Source of the DNA: Paramecium tetraurelia
Lineage: Eukaryota
Length of the DNA stretch: 64,000 nt
Assembly: GCA_000165425.1 (NCBI GenBank)
Contig: CT868660.1
Location: forward strand, 248,001-312,000
Reading direction: 5' to 3'
Below are positions 25,018 through 38,191 of this stretch, piece by piece; position 1 is the stretch's first letter; every line of letters begins with the position of its first letter. The notes under the pieces were generated by a model, which was not told where the DNA came from, did no database searches, and was given only the letters and a program-made list of their open reading frames with translations. Both the position numbers and the translations under genes were made by a program.

Positions 25018-26303
25018 ATGTAGTATAAAAAATTAGAAGGCTAATCAAATTATTGGAAAGCTGCTATGCTTGGCACGATTTTCCTTTTCATGTTTTCTTC
25101 ATTTAATTCAGCAGCAAACTTAATAGCCTTTCTCTATAAGGAAGCAAATTATGATGATTTAGGAGTGATTTCATTATTTTCATTATACGCTGCTTTTGGA
25201 GTCAGTTCTGTATTTGCCCCTAATATTAGTGCATTGTTTAATCCCAAATACGTACATAAAGTATATTAATCAGTTAGGTAATGTTCTTTTCCTCATTTGG
25301 ATATACTCTATATTTGTCATGTGGAATAATTGTCTTTTAATGCAAAGATCATGGTGTTCAAGATGGAATTTGCAGCAAAGGGATTTTGTATATAATTGTT
25401 ATTCTTTGTGCAGTAGTAAATGGTATATGCGCAAGTACCTTGTGGGTTTCATAGCCATGGTACATCACAAGCATTAGTACAAATGAAACGAGAGGTAAGT
25501 ACTTTGGTATATTCTGGGCATTGATGTAATCATCATAGATTGTGGGTAACGTGTTGGGATTGGTTTTAGTACAACTATCACCGTTACTATATTTTTTAGT
25601 GATGACCATTGTTTGTGGAATTAGTGGATTTAGCTTTTTACTTTTGCCTTCTACATTTGAGAAAGCACAAGAAGTGAAGAGTGTGAAGGAGAAGCTTAGA
25701 GGAATTTACGTTATCATAAGTTCAAGAAAGATGAGACCAATGTTATTATATTACTATTTTGCAGGAACTATTGTAGCATTTTATACTGGGTTTTTGTATA
25801 AACTTATAGCTGCATCTCAACCAGAAGATCAAAGCTAAGAATTGACAGGCAAAAGGTAAGCATATGTATTCATTATACTTGGTGTTTTTGAATTCATCAG
25901 TGGAATTTGTTCTGGATACATATCAGATAGAGTTAATCGTTACATGGTGGCTACGGCAAGTACAATAATAGTTGAGTTGGCTTTAATTGTTAGCATAATT
26001 AGTTATTATACTGAAAGCTACACATTGTGCTTCATATCTGGGGCTCTTTGGGGAACTTCTGATTGTCTGGTGGCTAATATGACTATGGTTATCACTACAA
26101 CACTTTTTCCAGATTAAATTGAAGCCTTTGCAATTAGAGCCATCATGACCTCATTTGCCACCAGTGTTATGTTAATATTTAGTATCCTAATTCCTAATCA
26201 GATCATTTATTTACTAATTGTTGTATTTATTGAGTTATTGACCAACATCAGTACAAGTAAATTGGGAGTAGTCAATGAAAAGCCAAATGAAATTAGATTG
26301 TGA
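25018..26303 (+). CDS. UNC93-like MFS transporter
   Basis: LFMFSSFNSAANL..LGVISLFSLY..GICASTLWVSQPWYI..RGKYFGIFW..GYISDRVNR; one intron. Confidence 0.9.
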
Positions 26304-26546
26304 ATTTTTATAAGAATATTTAATGGTAAGTTTTATCATAATTAATTACGAGATAATTTATTATAAATATATGGTTATAAAAATGTTATCTTATATTAAA
26401 TGAAAATAATCTATCTTATAATCATCATTAGATCTACGAATATTGTTGGCTTTCCAACTATGAACCTTCTCATTTTCTAGCTATGAAAAATACTTTTTAA
26501 TTTAAGATAATTAAATTTGACATATTATTATTACATATTTAACTTA

Positions 26547-27608
26547 TCATGCAGATTTAAAAAATATTTTATCATTGATATGTTATTAAATTGGAACTGA
26601 GTTTTGGACCATGAACGATTGATTTTAATCTGTAGACCATTAAGGAGTGAAATTAAATCCATTCTTTTGAATGTTAGCTATAATTTATAGTTAATTTATA
26701 CTCCAGGAATCTTCTCTATGTGTGAAGTCTCTCAATACATAATCCCAATTGAATTGATGATAGATTCTTGTATCAAATATCCTAATCAGAACATCATCGA
26801 TTCTTAAATAACTACGGATCAATCCAAAAAAGCAGTCACCCATAACCCGAAATCTGTATTCACAATTGGATAATCCATTGTCTCCCAATTCATCTTCATA
26901 TAATGATATATGAGATGCCCATTTTATAGGATTTGCCTTTAAGAAATTAATATTATTGGATACTTATGATAAATTATTTAATGGAATCTCCTCTTCTGTA
27001 TATTCACTATGGAATGTCTTAGATTTGATATTAAACACTTGATTTAGATAGTCTACTTCGTTTTTAATTACATTCTCATTCAATTACTTTTCAAATATTG
27101 ATTTTCCTTAAATTCCTGCAATTTATTTGAATCTTTAAAATTAATAATTCATCTAATCTCCATCAACTATTGTTCCCTTATAAGGGGATGAATAAAAGGT
27201 ATCAGATATTTTATTTAAAACTTTTATATCTGCATTTTATTTCTGATTCCAGACATTTGCATACTTAAGTTAAGCTTGTTCTGGAATCACTGAAATATGG
27301 TTGAGCTTATTTGATTTTAATTCCTTCTTAATGTCAATGTAGTTTGCCTCTCTAGCCTGATAATTACAAAGATACAAGGCATCTTTTGGATCCACCAAAA
27401 TCCCAAAGTTAAATTGCTTATTGTAGATCAATCCACAATTATTACCATTGGTGATGTCTGGGATGCCTTGCAAAGTCAATGCATCCTATAACATATCCAA
27501 ATCTGATGTATTATACATTCCAGCCTTAGTAAATATGAAATTCCATCCATTTTATTCATATTCTTCAATATTTACATCATTATATGTTTTATGTGAGATT
27601 ATATTCAT
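26547..27608 (-). CDS. TIP41: TIP41/TIPRL PP2A regulator
   Basis: IPDITNGNN..LYEDELGDNGLS..RFRVMGDCFFGLIRSYLRIDDVLIRIFDTRIY. Confidence 0.93.
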
Positions 27609-28697
27609 TTTTAATAATAAATTATTAGAGAAATATCATAAAAATATCAGAGAATATTAAAATTGTGCATCAATGAAAATCAGAGAGATTCCCAATTTTA
27701 TCATCATTAATTATAATATAATTATATTATTATTAAAAATTAACTAATATTTATTGGCTTAAATACCTAAGTCTTATATTATATTTATATTTGTGTTAAT
27801 TAACTCATTTAATTAATCTAATATACAAAAAATCAAAAAATCACATATCTAATTTTAATAGTATCGCATCAATTCTTTAATGAATCCTTAAATCAAACTA
27901 TAAATCTTAAGACTCGGAACATATTTATTATGCTCTTTAGAACAAGTTCAAAAATCATATTATTCTTAATCTAATTATTTACACTTGTATTATATCAAAT
28001 CCATCATCTCTATGAAACTATTACATAAATTATGATCATCTTTAAGTTTAAGATTGTTATTCCACTTGTTGTCTCATAAGAAATAGACTCTCAATATCCA
28101 TCAAATAATCGTATGGATATTTATTATAAGAATTTACTCTTTTTATTTCCAATTCCCATATAAATTTATAATTTTACATCTTGAATCATCAAATCCTAAT
28201 TGTATTATTATTTTTCTCCTTCCTTTCTATTGAATTTTCTTTTTAATAGATTGTTATATTTTAATTCTGTTATGATATTCATAAAATTTACTGTTAAAGC
28301 TGGTTTATTTAGTTTTGATTTGGTCATTAGTATTTTGAATGGATAATTCTAAATAAAAAAGGGAGGTTGATAAAATAGAACTTACAAAAGTAATCTTTTG
28401 TATGTAATCTGGCAATAAGAGTAGAAAATTACTCTTTGAAATCTTTAAACAATCATGCTTTTTGACCAATTTGATAAAAAAGGCACACTATTTTACTATG
28501 ATCTTTGTTTAAGAAATGAATCTTAATTATTACTAATCCTATAAACACAGTCAATATATGATTTTAGAAGTTTGCATCTGTGTTATTAAGAATAGCACTA
28601 ATCATCAAGAGTTATAATAAGGTATTATTATTATTCAAATTGATAAATGGATGATCCTATAATGTAATAGATATAAAAACGTAAATATAATATATTA

Positions 28698-29855
28698 TCA
28701 TAAATATTGCAATGACTCAAATATAAAACTATTGTAAAATCTCACATATCCAAATTTAGCGATCACATAATTTTTTTCTACAATTTGTTTTAAATCTGAA
28801 TATTGATAGGTTCTATGATAAATTGGATAATGTTACAAGTCATCTATTTTAATATTTTAATTTTCGCATTTGGTTTTGCAAATTAATTTTCTTATGTTAT
28901 CCATTAATTATTTTTCTGTTTCTGTCAAACTTATCACAAACTCCTTTTGTTTTTATAAAACAACATCTTGAATAAGAGGATAGCAATACCATCATATTTC
29001 TTTCCGTATTAAATAGATTGTTAATTCCAGTCATATCTAAAATGTAATTATTTTCCATTATTAAATTCTCTGATTTCCATGACATTGACACTATAATCAT
29101 CTAACATATAATTTAAATTGTGTAATTCCTTGGCACTAATGAGAAGTGTTGTAGTGTTAAATTTATGGAGATTACTCAATATTGAACAGATAAAGCATTG
29201 TTTTTTGCTGAGTGATAAATGCAAATTGTCAATAGCAATTGTGGTTGGTTTTTACTAAGTAAAATGAATGAGTTCATGTAAGTTGTTGGTGCCGAATTGC
29301 TACAAGGCTTGCTCTTAAGTTTATATCTCAGATTAGATATTAATGTAAATAGCTTATTGTCCATCCTTAATTGACTTATTGACGATGAATTAAAGGAATG
29401 TGGAAATTCCATCCTATTTCATGCCGTAAAATAGCTGATATGAGTGGACATGCAGTTGATTTTTGGGAAAGGAGTTCGTCCAATTAATATTCAATTGGGT
29501 ATTATTTTGAAAATGCAGCCCATAACTGCTCTGGAAANNNNNNNNNNNNNNNNNNNNNNNNNNNNNNNNNNNNNNNNNNNNNNNNNNNNNNNNNNNNNNN
29601 NNNNNNNNNNNNNNNNNNNNNNNNNNNNNNNNNNNNNNNNNNNNNNNNNNNNNNNNNNNNNNNNNNNNNNNNNNNNNNNNNNNNNNNCTCTGTAAAATCA
29701 CCCAACTTATGTGTGGTTTCACTATATATTGCCATTGCACCTAGAAGGATAAGAAACAGGTCCAGAAGATATAACTTTTTTTTGGGAGTGACTTTTGTTA
29801 GTTGAATAGTAAAACTAATAGCAAGAATAATGGCAGATGCAATTATTATATACAT
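28698..29855 (-). CDS. N-terminally anchored membrane protein with degenerate P-loop ATPase-like domain (spans assembly gap)
   Basis: Two hydrophobic N-terminal segments; after the gap LFYGMKQDGISTFL..AIYINI..PTIAIDN; ends YVRFYNSFIFESLQYL*. Confidence 0.65.
29538..29687. other. Assembly gap (150 N)
   Basis: Run of N characters. Confidence 1.
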
Positions 29856-29981
29856 TAAAATAATTTATTTGGATGTCTTATAAAAATAAAATATGAAATG
29901 AATTCTAGTTATTAGTGAATAAGAGCAGAGGGATTTATTTAATTGTGAATAAATTTAAAATATATTTAAATCTTTTTTATT

Positions 29982-30592
29982 ATGGGAAAGAATTATAGAA
30001 ATAGATCAAAGACATCAGCCACCCCAAGAAAACCCTTTGAAAAGGAACGTCTTGACAACGAGTAATTAAATATATTTATTTTCAGATTACAAATTATTGG
30101 TAAGTATGGACTCAAGAACAAGAGAGAGGTTTGGAGAGTTCAACTCACTTTAGCAAGAATCAGAAAGGCAGCAAGAGAATTATTGACACTTGATCCAAAG
30201 GACCCAAGAAGATTATTTGAAGGAGAAGCTTTAATTAGAAGAATGGTTCGTTTTGGTTTGTTATCAGAACAAGAAAGAAAGTTGGATTATGTCTTGGGTC
30301 TAACAACATAAAAAATGATGGAAAGAAGACTCCAAACTTTCGTATTTAAAAGCAATTAAGCATCCTCCATTCATCATGCCAGAACTTTGATTAGATAGCG
30401 ACATTTCAGGTAAAATTAATCATTTATTATCATAGAGTTGGAAAGAGATTAGTCAACTCTCCATCATTTTTAGTCAGAGTCGAATCTGAAAAGTTGGTTG
30501 ATTTTGCTGTCACTTCACCATTTGGATAAGGCAGAGAAGGCAGAAGAAAGAGAAAGAATGCCAAGAGAGTAAAACCAAACAAAGAGGAATGA
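29982..30592 (+). CDS. RPS9: 40S ribosomal protein S9 (uS4)
   Basis: [49 protein letters not shown]; two tiny introns. Confidence 0.98.
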
Positions 30593-30646
30593 AAACAATT
30601 TATTTTAAGCATAAGTACAATATTATCTATTTATATATCTTTATTT

Positions 30647-30955
30647 TCAATCTGCCTAAACATCTATTGCATATAATCCTGGGTGAATACTCTTAGGATT
30701 CCCCAATTTTCTAATTACCCAACTTTATGATGGTTTCAGAACACATATCATACTACATTAATTTATAACTAAATTTTACCCTGAAAATAATTTAGTCTAT
30801 GAAGCATTGCAAGAATTTGGGCACTCCACTTCCCTATTCCATTATTCTACTGTCAATACCATGCCACATTACTAACAAGCTTTTAGATCTTTCGTCGATT
30901 TTGGTAATACAAACTTCTTTTCATCATACTCTGACATGTCTGATTCAGACTACAT
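30647..30955 (-). CDS. SPT4: Transcription elongation factor SPT4
   Basis: LKACQQCGMVLTVEQW..CPNSC..TKLFSGMICVLKPSQSWV..PGLYAIDV; one 27-nt intron. Confidence 0.92.
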
Positions 30956-31560
30956 ATTTAGTGAGTTTATTATTATAAATATTTCAAAGTCAAATTATTT
31001 ATAATCAACTTATCATTGTTGTTGTTATTTTGTTATTCTTCCTAACTTTATTCTGTATTTTAAAATATAAACATCCATATAATCATTAAAAAACAATTGA
31101 TCCAAATTATTCGATAAACTCAAATTCTAACAAATAATATTTTTGAATTTTAAATTAATTTACTCAAAAATTCAATTCATTTCTTCAATATTGCTATATT
31201 TTATCTAAAATAAACAATTTTTACTTAAATTCAGAATCGGTTATTCTCTTCATCAATTGGTAAACTTTATATTAATACTTTAATTCAAGGGTTAATCCTA
31301 AACTAATTAATTTCATCTAAAAAGCCAAGCCAATTTCGGTTTTAATTTTAATCCAATATCCGAAATGTAAAAAATCTATTTAACAAAACCAAACAATTAT
31401 TTATAACCCTAAAAATTTAGAATTAAGGTTTCTAACTCATATGAAAAATTAATTAGTTGACTTTATTAAAGAAGTTAAATCCTATTAATTCAATCAATAT
31501 GGTGAAAATAATTAATAAATATATAATTTTAATTACTTAATAATTTTTCATTATAAAGCT

Positions 31561-33087
31561 TCATTTTGAACTGTTCTAAAGAGTGTTGAAATCTTAGAAG
31601 TTCATACCAGGTATACGCTGAGGAGGTTAAAAATTTTGTTGTTATTAGGATCCCGGGTTTCCTGTAGGAAGTATCTGTACACTATCATTTATGCTTCCAA
31701 AAGTACTTCCCTGTAAGCTTCCAGTTTGATTTACTGGCATTTTTATTAGAGGAGGAGGTTATTTAAGAGGCAGGGTATTTCGTATTTTTGTGGGCTCAGA
31801 AGTTTAGAAAATTTCGATGTCGTAAACATCAAATTCTCTACAATTTGAAAGATATTCTTCTGGATTGAATATATCAGTATCACTTATATCAAAACCAGCT
31901 CCTAATTTGGATGTACATTTAGTAAATGAAGAATTTATAAGAATATCACCATCTCCAAATTTCAAAATCCAATCTGACAAATTAGACTTTTTATTTAATT
32001 CAAAAGCTGTCTTGTTTATTTTTCTGAATTAAAAAAATTTTTTTTTATTCATTTAAAATAGAATTGAATTTTGAGCATTTTCTATACAATTATAGACTCC
32101 AAAAATGCAGTTATTTTTAGTTTAAATTACAGTAATTGTATCTACTTGTTCTAATAATTCTATTTATTATAATGTTTAATAATTTGAGCCTTGTTGAGTC
32201 ATCCTATAAATTCTTTTCATATTTTTATAGAAGTTTTCTTCATTTTTTGGTGCAATTTTCTCAACTATAGTTTCTAAATATGGAGTGGCTAAAGTAGATG
32301 TCGAAAATTTATAGTCTGTAAATGTTGTTTCTTCTATTTTTTAGATTGATTGCATAATATCCTTAAAACTAGCATTGAATCTATCTAAGTCAAAACTATT
32401 TAAATATTATAAAGGCTTACAAACGTTTCTATTTGGTAACAATATCATCTATTTTGAAGATAGCTTCTTCATCAATCTTCTCATCGACCTTATTAATTTT
32501 CTAAACATAAATTTCAGCCTTTTCATTTAAATCTTTAAACATTTCTGGACTTCTTTCAAATTTTTCATTAAGTAAAACCTCCTTTAATTCATCACAGTTG
32601 AAATAATTACTGATTTTTGGATTTTCAGTCCATTTAATTAATTCATTTAGATATTCCACTTATTTTTATTTATGTATATCCATCATGTCACGAATCTTTG
32701 ATTGTATTTCTTCTTATAAAGACGAAACCATCTAGGTATAATGAAATTGCTATACATTATAAATAAATTCAATATCTAAATATGGATGGTGATTTCTAGC
32801 GTAATTGAAATACTATTATTTATTATTGCTATCAAATTTAGTATACTTGAAAGCCTCATAATTTCTGCCGTTGATAAGCTTAAATTAATTATTAAGGATT
32901 GTACCTCCTCAAGATTACAGCAATGTTATTGTAAAGAATTGTACTTCCCTAAGAAACATTCGTCACAAAATAACCTTTTTTGGATCGTTCCCTTATCTTT
33001 TTTCACCATTAAATATTTTATTTTCTATCCTCTATGGAAATGTTAGTCATCCTAACAATAAATCCCAATCTGTCTTGGCACTTGCAT
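31561..33087 (-). CDS. Coiled-coil + TLDc-like domain protein with N-terminal Cys/His motif
   Basis: N-terminal C..H..FCDEC; C-terminal TITVIQTKNNCIFG..SILFQMN..LKFGDGDILI..FDVYDIEIFQ; Pro-rich tail. Confidence 0.75.
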
Positions 33088-33875
33088 TATTTTAATAGAA
33101 TTAGGTAAATTAATTATTTAATTATTAATAACTATTCTGTTTAATAGTTTGGAGAACTTTATAATAGAATTATCAAAATTCAAATTATAATATCAAGATT
33201 CACCTTTAAAATTGCAGTTCATTTTCCTCCTATAGACTCTAATCAAATAAAAAGATCTCTATAAAAGAATAAAAATAAACACTACCTTTTCTTCTACCAC
33301 ATTTCATCAAAAGAACAACAAGACAATTTATATTAAAAGTATATTTATGAGATATTCAAGATTATTATTATAATTCTTGATTAATTTGGAGTATAATCCT
33401 TAGTTATCCATTTATAATTAAGAACATTTATAATTAGTATCATGAAATATGTTTATTTAGAGTTGAGATACCTGAAATTCATATATAAATCCCAATAATT
33501 AAGTTTTAATTTCTATTTTAAATATTTTCTTAAAATAAAAGTAGAATTCATACCTGATATTTCATAATATAAGAGGGAGTTACACTTTGTAATACTATCA
33601 GCTTTTTACTATATAAAATTAATGAGGAATAATAATAAGTTTGATAATATAGGAGAGATTATAAAAGAAGAAAGTTTCTGAGTGAGAACCGTGGACATTA
33701 ATCGTTTGAAATGTTATTATGATCTAGATATTTCAGTTAAGAAAGTCTTGTTCAAATTTATTCAAATTAATAATCTTCAATGCCTTTCTAAAAATAAACA
33801 CATCAAGAAAACGAAAATCAATATAATGGATGAATAAAAATGGAAATTGAACATCTATCTATATTTAATATGAAT

Positions 33876-35223
33876 TCAATATAACTCACTTTAGGAAATT
33901 TTGTCAAATAGTAACTTTTTTAAATTAATACAATAATTTTGTAGGGATGCTTTACTTTTATAAGTTTAGACTTATTATTTTGCATCCTCAACCATCTTTT
34001 ACTTTTATTGATAGTTCCTTCTTCGTTAAAATATATATTCCATTTTCTCTTTTGACAAAGTGCCTCTTAATTCTGGATTATTTTCAATTTCATCTTCAAT
34101 TTTTTACCTTAATTATTTGTCCTCCTCTGATTCCTTTACAATATCAGTACTTTGACTCTCAACTTATTCATATTAATTAGTTTAATCTAAGTTAGGAGAA
34201 GCGCTTAATTCAATATTAGTATCCCTTATGCTATTTAAATTAACTTGTCTTGTCAATACTGACCATTCCTTTTGATTAACCCCAATTGCCAAATGAATAG
34301 ATTGACTAAGGGAAACCGATAAAGCCCTAATAACAAATGATTTAATTTATACATTATTCCCCCAGGTAGAGTAACAATCACAAAAATTAGACTACAAAAG
34401 TAGTTTTCATAATATTTCTTATCAAAATCGTAGTTGCCATATAAAAAAACTCCAAAGCAACTGATGAATAACAAAGTCAGACAGGATTAAACCACCCCAT
34501 GTAAACTGTAAAATAAATAAGATATTTACTAAAAAGTACAACTGCAACAAAGGGACATTAAGAAAATTAAGGCTGCATATTGTACATAATCTGACTGAAA
34601 TAATTTATCCATTGCTTCTTACATACTAAACGTTTTATATGTATGTTAAAACAGCACAATATACCATATAATACATTAAAGGACAAGAGTATAAACCCAT
34701 CCAATGAAATATCTGTAATTTCTTTATCCTATACAATTACTCATAAAAGTGCAATGACTTATATATATATTAATATCATACTGATCATACATCTTCACAC
34801 AATTATTACAATTATAACAATGACTTGTTTTTGGAGGTCTCATGACTCTACACCTTGAGCAAAACCTTTCCTAGAAGTATTCCCCAATTTTTTCACTTTT
34901 TGCGCTTCTATTTGATTTCATTGATCCAAAAGATTCTTCATCATCAGGTTAAGGTCTTCTTACCACTCCAGGTTCTGTAAAAGTTCCGCTTAAATAAGTA
35001 TACATGAACAGGACCACACATGTCCAATTAACCCATGAATTCGTAAGATAGAAATCTTCTGAAAAAAAATAGAGAAAATAACCTATTTGTGGAAATTAAC
35101 ATATAGATTACATTGAAGCATAGCATAAGAGCCTAAGACGAATAATATCATAAAGGAATCAGATAGTGATCCAATCCAAAACTTTCCAATCAGGAGAGAA
35201 TTATCAAAGTACTATATTCTCAT
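33876..35223 (-). CDS. DHHC palmitoyl acyltransferase
   Basis: [51 protein letters not shown] (DHHC split by an intron). Confidence 0.95.
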
Positions 35224-35968
35224 TATTCTTATGATATAAATTATATTTATTTATATTTTATATCCTCTATTTTATTTTTTATTCTATGGCAGATATTAGA
35301 TTCCAAATTTGTAATATTTAACTCGATTGTCTTAACTAGGCTTATCTTTGATAAATTTACGATATTAATCAAAATTTAGGTGAATTAAGTAAATAAATAA
35401 TTATTTTACCTTAACTAATTTGTAAATTAAATATTCCTACTTTGATCTATTCAAGATTTGTGATTAAAAATAGCACTATACACATAATCTATTTGAATTA
35501 TAAGGATATAAGTTAATTAAAGAAGTAAACAGCCTCGAAAGAATATATTTGAATATGCTACGAAATTTACGTTATAAACTGTTAATATTAGAAACCGGAG
35601 AAGGAAATCTGACTTTTATCACTTGAAAATAACAGGCTTAGAGAAATTAAAAGGATAGAAATATTTTTTCATTCAAAGTAACTAAAAAAGTTGAAATATA
35701 TGATTTGAAACAATGTACAATTCAGGATAATCATTCCAAGTTAATATTAACATATAAGAAAATTATATTATAAAATTGGAGAATCAATTCTTACGGATTT
35801 ATTTAAGAATCTTCAAATCTTATATTTTGATTCTTAATTTATAATACTATTGATGATATTTTGTCATCTTATTTTATACAACAATTTATTGGTAATTTTA
35901 ATATTTAATGAATGAAAAAATACAAATTCTGCTAAAATTTATGAAATAAATAATAAATTTAATTTGAA

Positions 35969-36894
35969 ATGTTAATTGTTTTGCTTTTATTTTCATTTTC
36001 AGTTTAATTAACATCTTAGAAAAATGATTAATCAAGTGAAGACTATAAACTTATAATATTCTCAGAATTTTGCTATGATTAATTTTTTGGAGATTCAGAG
36101 CTGAATAATGAATGCATTTCGGATGTATATTGTAAATTCATAATAGACAATAAGCAGAACAATTAGCATTTTAATGGTAGCATTTGCTATTATGAATCAA
36201 TTACCTCAAATTCTTAAGATATTTAAATCTTAATCAACTCAAGGGATCTCTTTTAATTCTTATTACACAGAAGTATGAATTTCAAATATAAATAGTTATA
36301 CCTATTTTCATTTATAACAGCTTATAATATATATAAACAGACAAAATTTATTTTGTATGGTGAAAATATAATAGTAGGTTTAGAATATTGTGTTGTTTTA
36401 AGTTTATTCTTGTTTTACGATAAAGATTTGTCTTTTCATTAATGGCTGTTTAAAGCAGTTTTTTTCATAACTATCAATACTCCTCTATATTTGGGTCTAG
36501 GACCATAATGGATCTTCGATATGACTATATACATTAACATGAGTTTATGTAAGTTAATAATTTAATGAAAATGTAGTGTTTATGGCTAGATTTTTATAAA
36601 TAAGACTTAATTGTAGGAATAGAAATACAGGATAATTGTCATTGCTTACATAATTGTAGAACTATGCAGGAAGCGTAGCAAGATTATTTACTTTGTTTAA
36701 TGATAATGCAGATTTCTCATATATGGTATTTATAAATGAGAATCTAGGTATATGTTTTAGAAGACAATATCATGGGTACAATACTGCTAATTTAAATTTT
36801 CAATACTTGGAGAGCAGAAAGAAAAAGAAAAAGGAATAATCATGATAATATTACAGAGTTAACAGGCAAAGGAATAAAATATGATTAAATCTGA
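35969..36894 (+). CDS. MPDU1: PQ-loop protein, MPDU1-like
   Basis: QLPQILKIFKSQSTQGISF; FILYGE; QIRLNCRNRNTGQLS..AGSVARLFT; several tiny introns. Confidence 0.85.
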
Positions 36895-37162
36895 TAAATA
36901 ATTGATTCATTTATAGTTTTCTTAATTAAAAATTAATGTGAAATTTGGATAGTAAAGGTTTATTTGGCTTAGATATTGTTTTTAAGACTTAAAATAGTTT
37001 GGAAAAAATTCTTGATGTTATAAAATGACAATTAAGACTGTTTGAAGGTATTAGTGTGAGTTTATTAATAAAAGGAAGAGGGATCCTTATAATTGATTTC
37101 TAACTAATTGGTTTATATAATAAAAGTTTTTATGAATTTGGTTATAATAATTATAATTAGAA

Positions 37163-37768
37163 ATGAATCCAATCTCTATGCCTCAATTTAAAGGGGATCC
37201 ACTGTTATTCCATGCGGTGGCACATGGAAATGTTTAAGAAGTCATTTCACTAATTGAAGATAAGGAAGCCAGCGTTGATGCTCGAAATATTAATGGTGCA
37301 ACTCCTCTCATTTATGCTGTCTAAGCCAATCATCCTTAGATTACAGAACTTTTATTGAAATTTAAAGCAAATCCAAATTTAAAGGAATACTATGATGTAG
37401 GAGAAAAGACTGCTTTGCACTATGCAGTTGAAAAAAATTAATTTAAATTATGCTAGTTACTTTTAGATTACGGAGCAAATCCAAGTTTGTAGGATAAAAG
37501 AGGTCTCACTTGTTTACATTATGCAGCCAGATAAGGATTCAAATAAATCGTTGTGTTATTACTAAATTATGGAGTAGATATCAATTTAAGAGATGAGAAT
37601 GGATTCAATGCTTCATATTGGGCTTAAGTTAATAAGTTTAATGAAATTTTGATTTTATTGCCCCCACCTAAAGTCATTCCCTCTAATGATTTATTAGAAT
37701 TTAAGACTCAAATGAGAGAAATCCATAAAATAGAAATAGGTAAAAAAAAGAAGAAGAAGAAGAAATGA
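37163..37768 (+). CDS. Ankyrin-repeat protein with poly-Lys C-terminus
   Basis: GATPLIYAV, EKTALHYAV, GLTCLHYAA repeats; ends GKKKKKKKK*; 201 aa, intronless. Confidence 0.93.
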
Positions 37769-38191
37769 ACAGTTTTAATATATATAAAATAATATTTTGT
37801 CAAGTTAACGCTTTTTAGTTCAATTTTGGTTATCTCCTTAGTTATATTTATTCAAATCAATTTATAATATAAAGTTGATTAATTATATAGCAATTAGAAA
37901 TATTACTATTGATAACATTAATATATCTACATTTTCGATTTTAATCCTACTTATATTAAATTAGTGCAATCCATAATATGTCTACTTAGAGGATCGTGAT
38001 TATTCATATTTATAAATACATTATCTCCTTATTTAATGCATATTTATAGTATAATATACAATATTCTCGTTTGATAATCTGGAATAAATTTGCTTATGAA
38101 TAAATCATATCTTAATAAATAAATAATCAAATTATTAAGTTTATATTTAATAGTTAAATAATATCTTTTATATATTAATAGTAAATGCTAA

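Noticed and set aside
29414..29855. ORFs containing X runs
   Set aside because: Artefacts of translating through the 150-N gap
30647..30955. Initially considered CKS1 because of its size
   Set aside because: The CxxC..CPxxC zinc motif and SWV/GLYAI motifs identify SPT4
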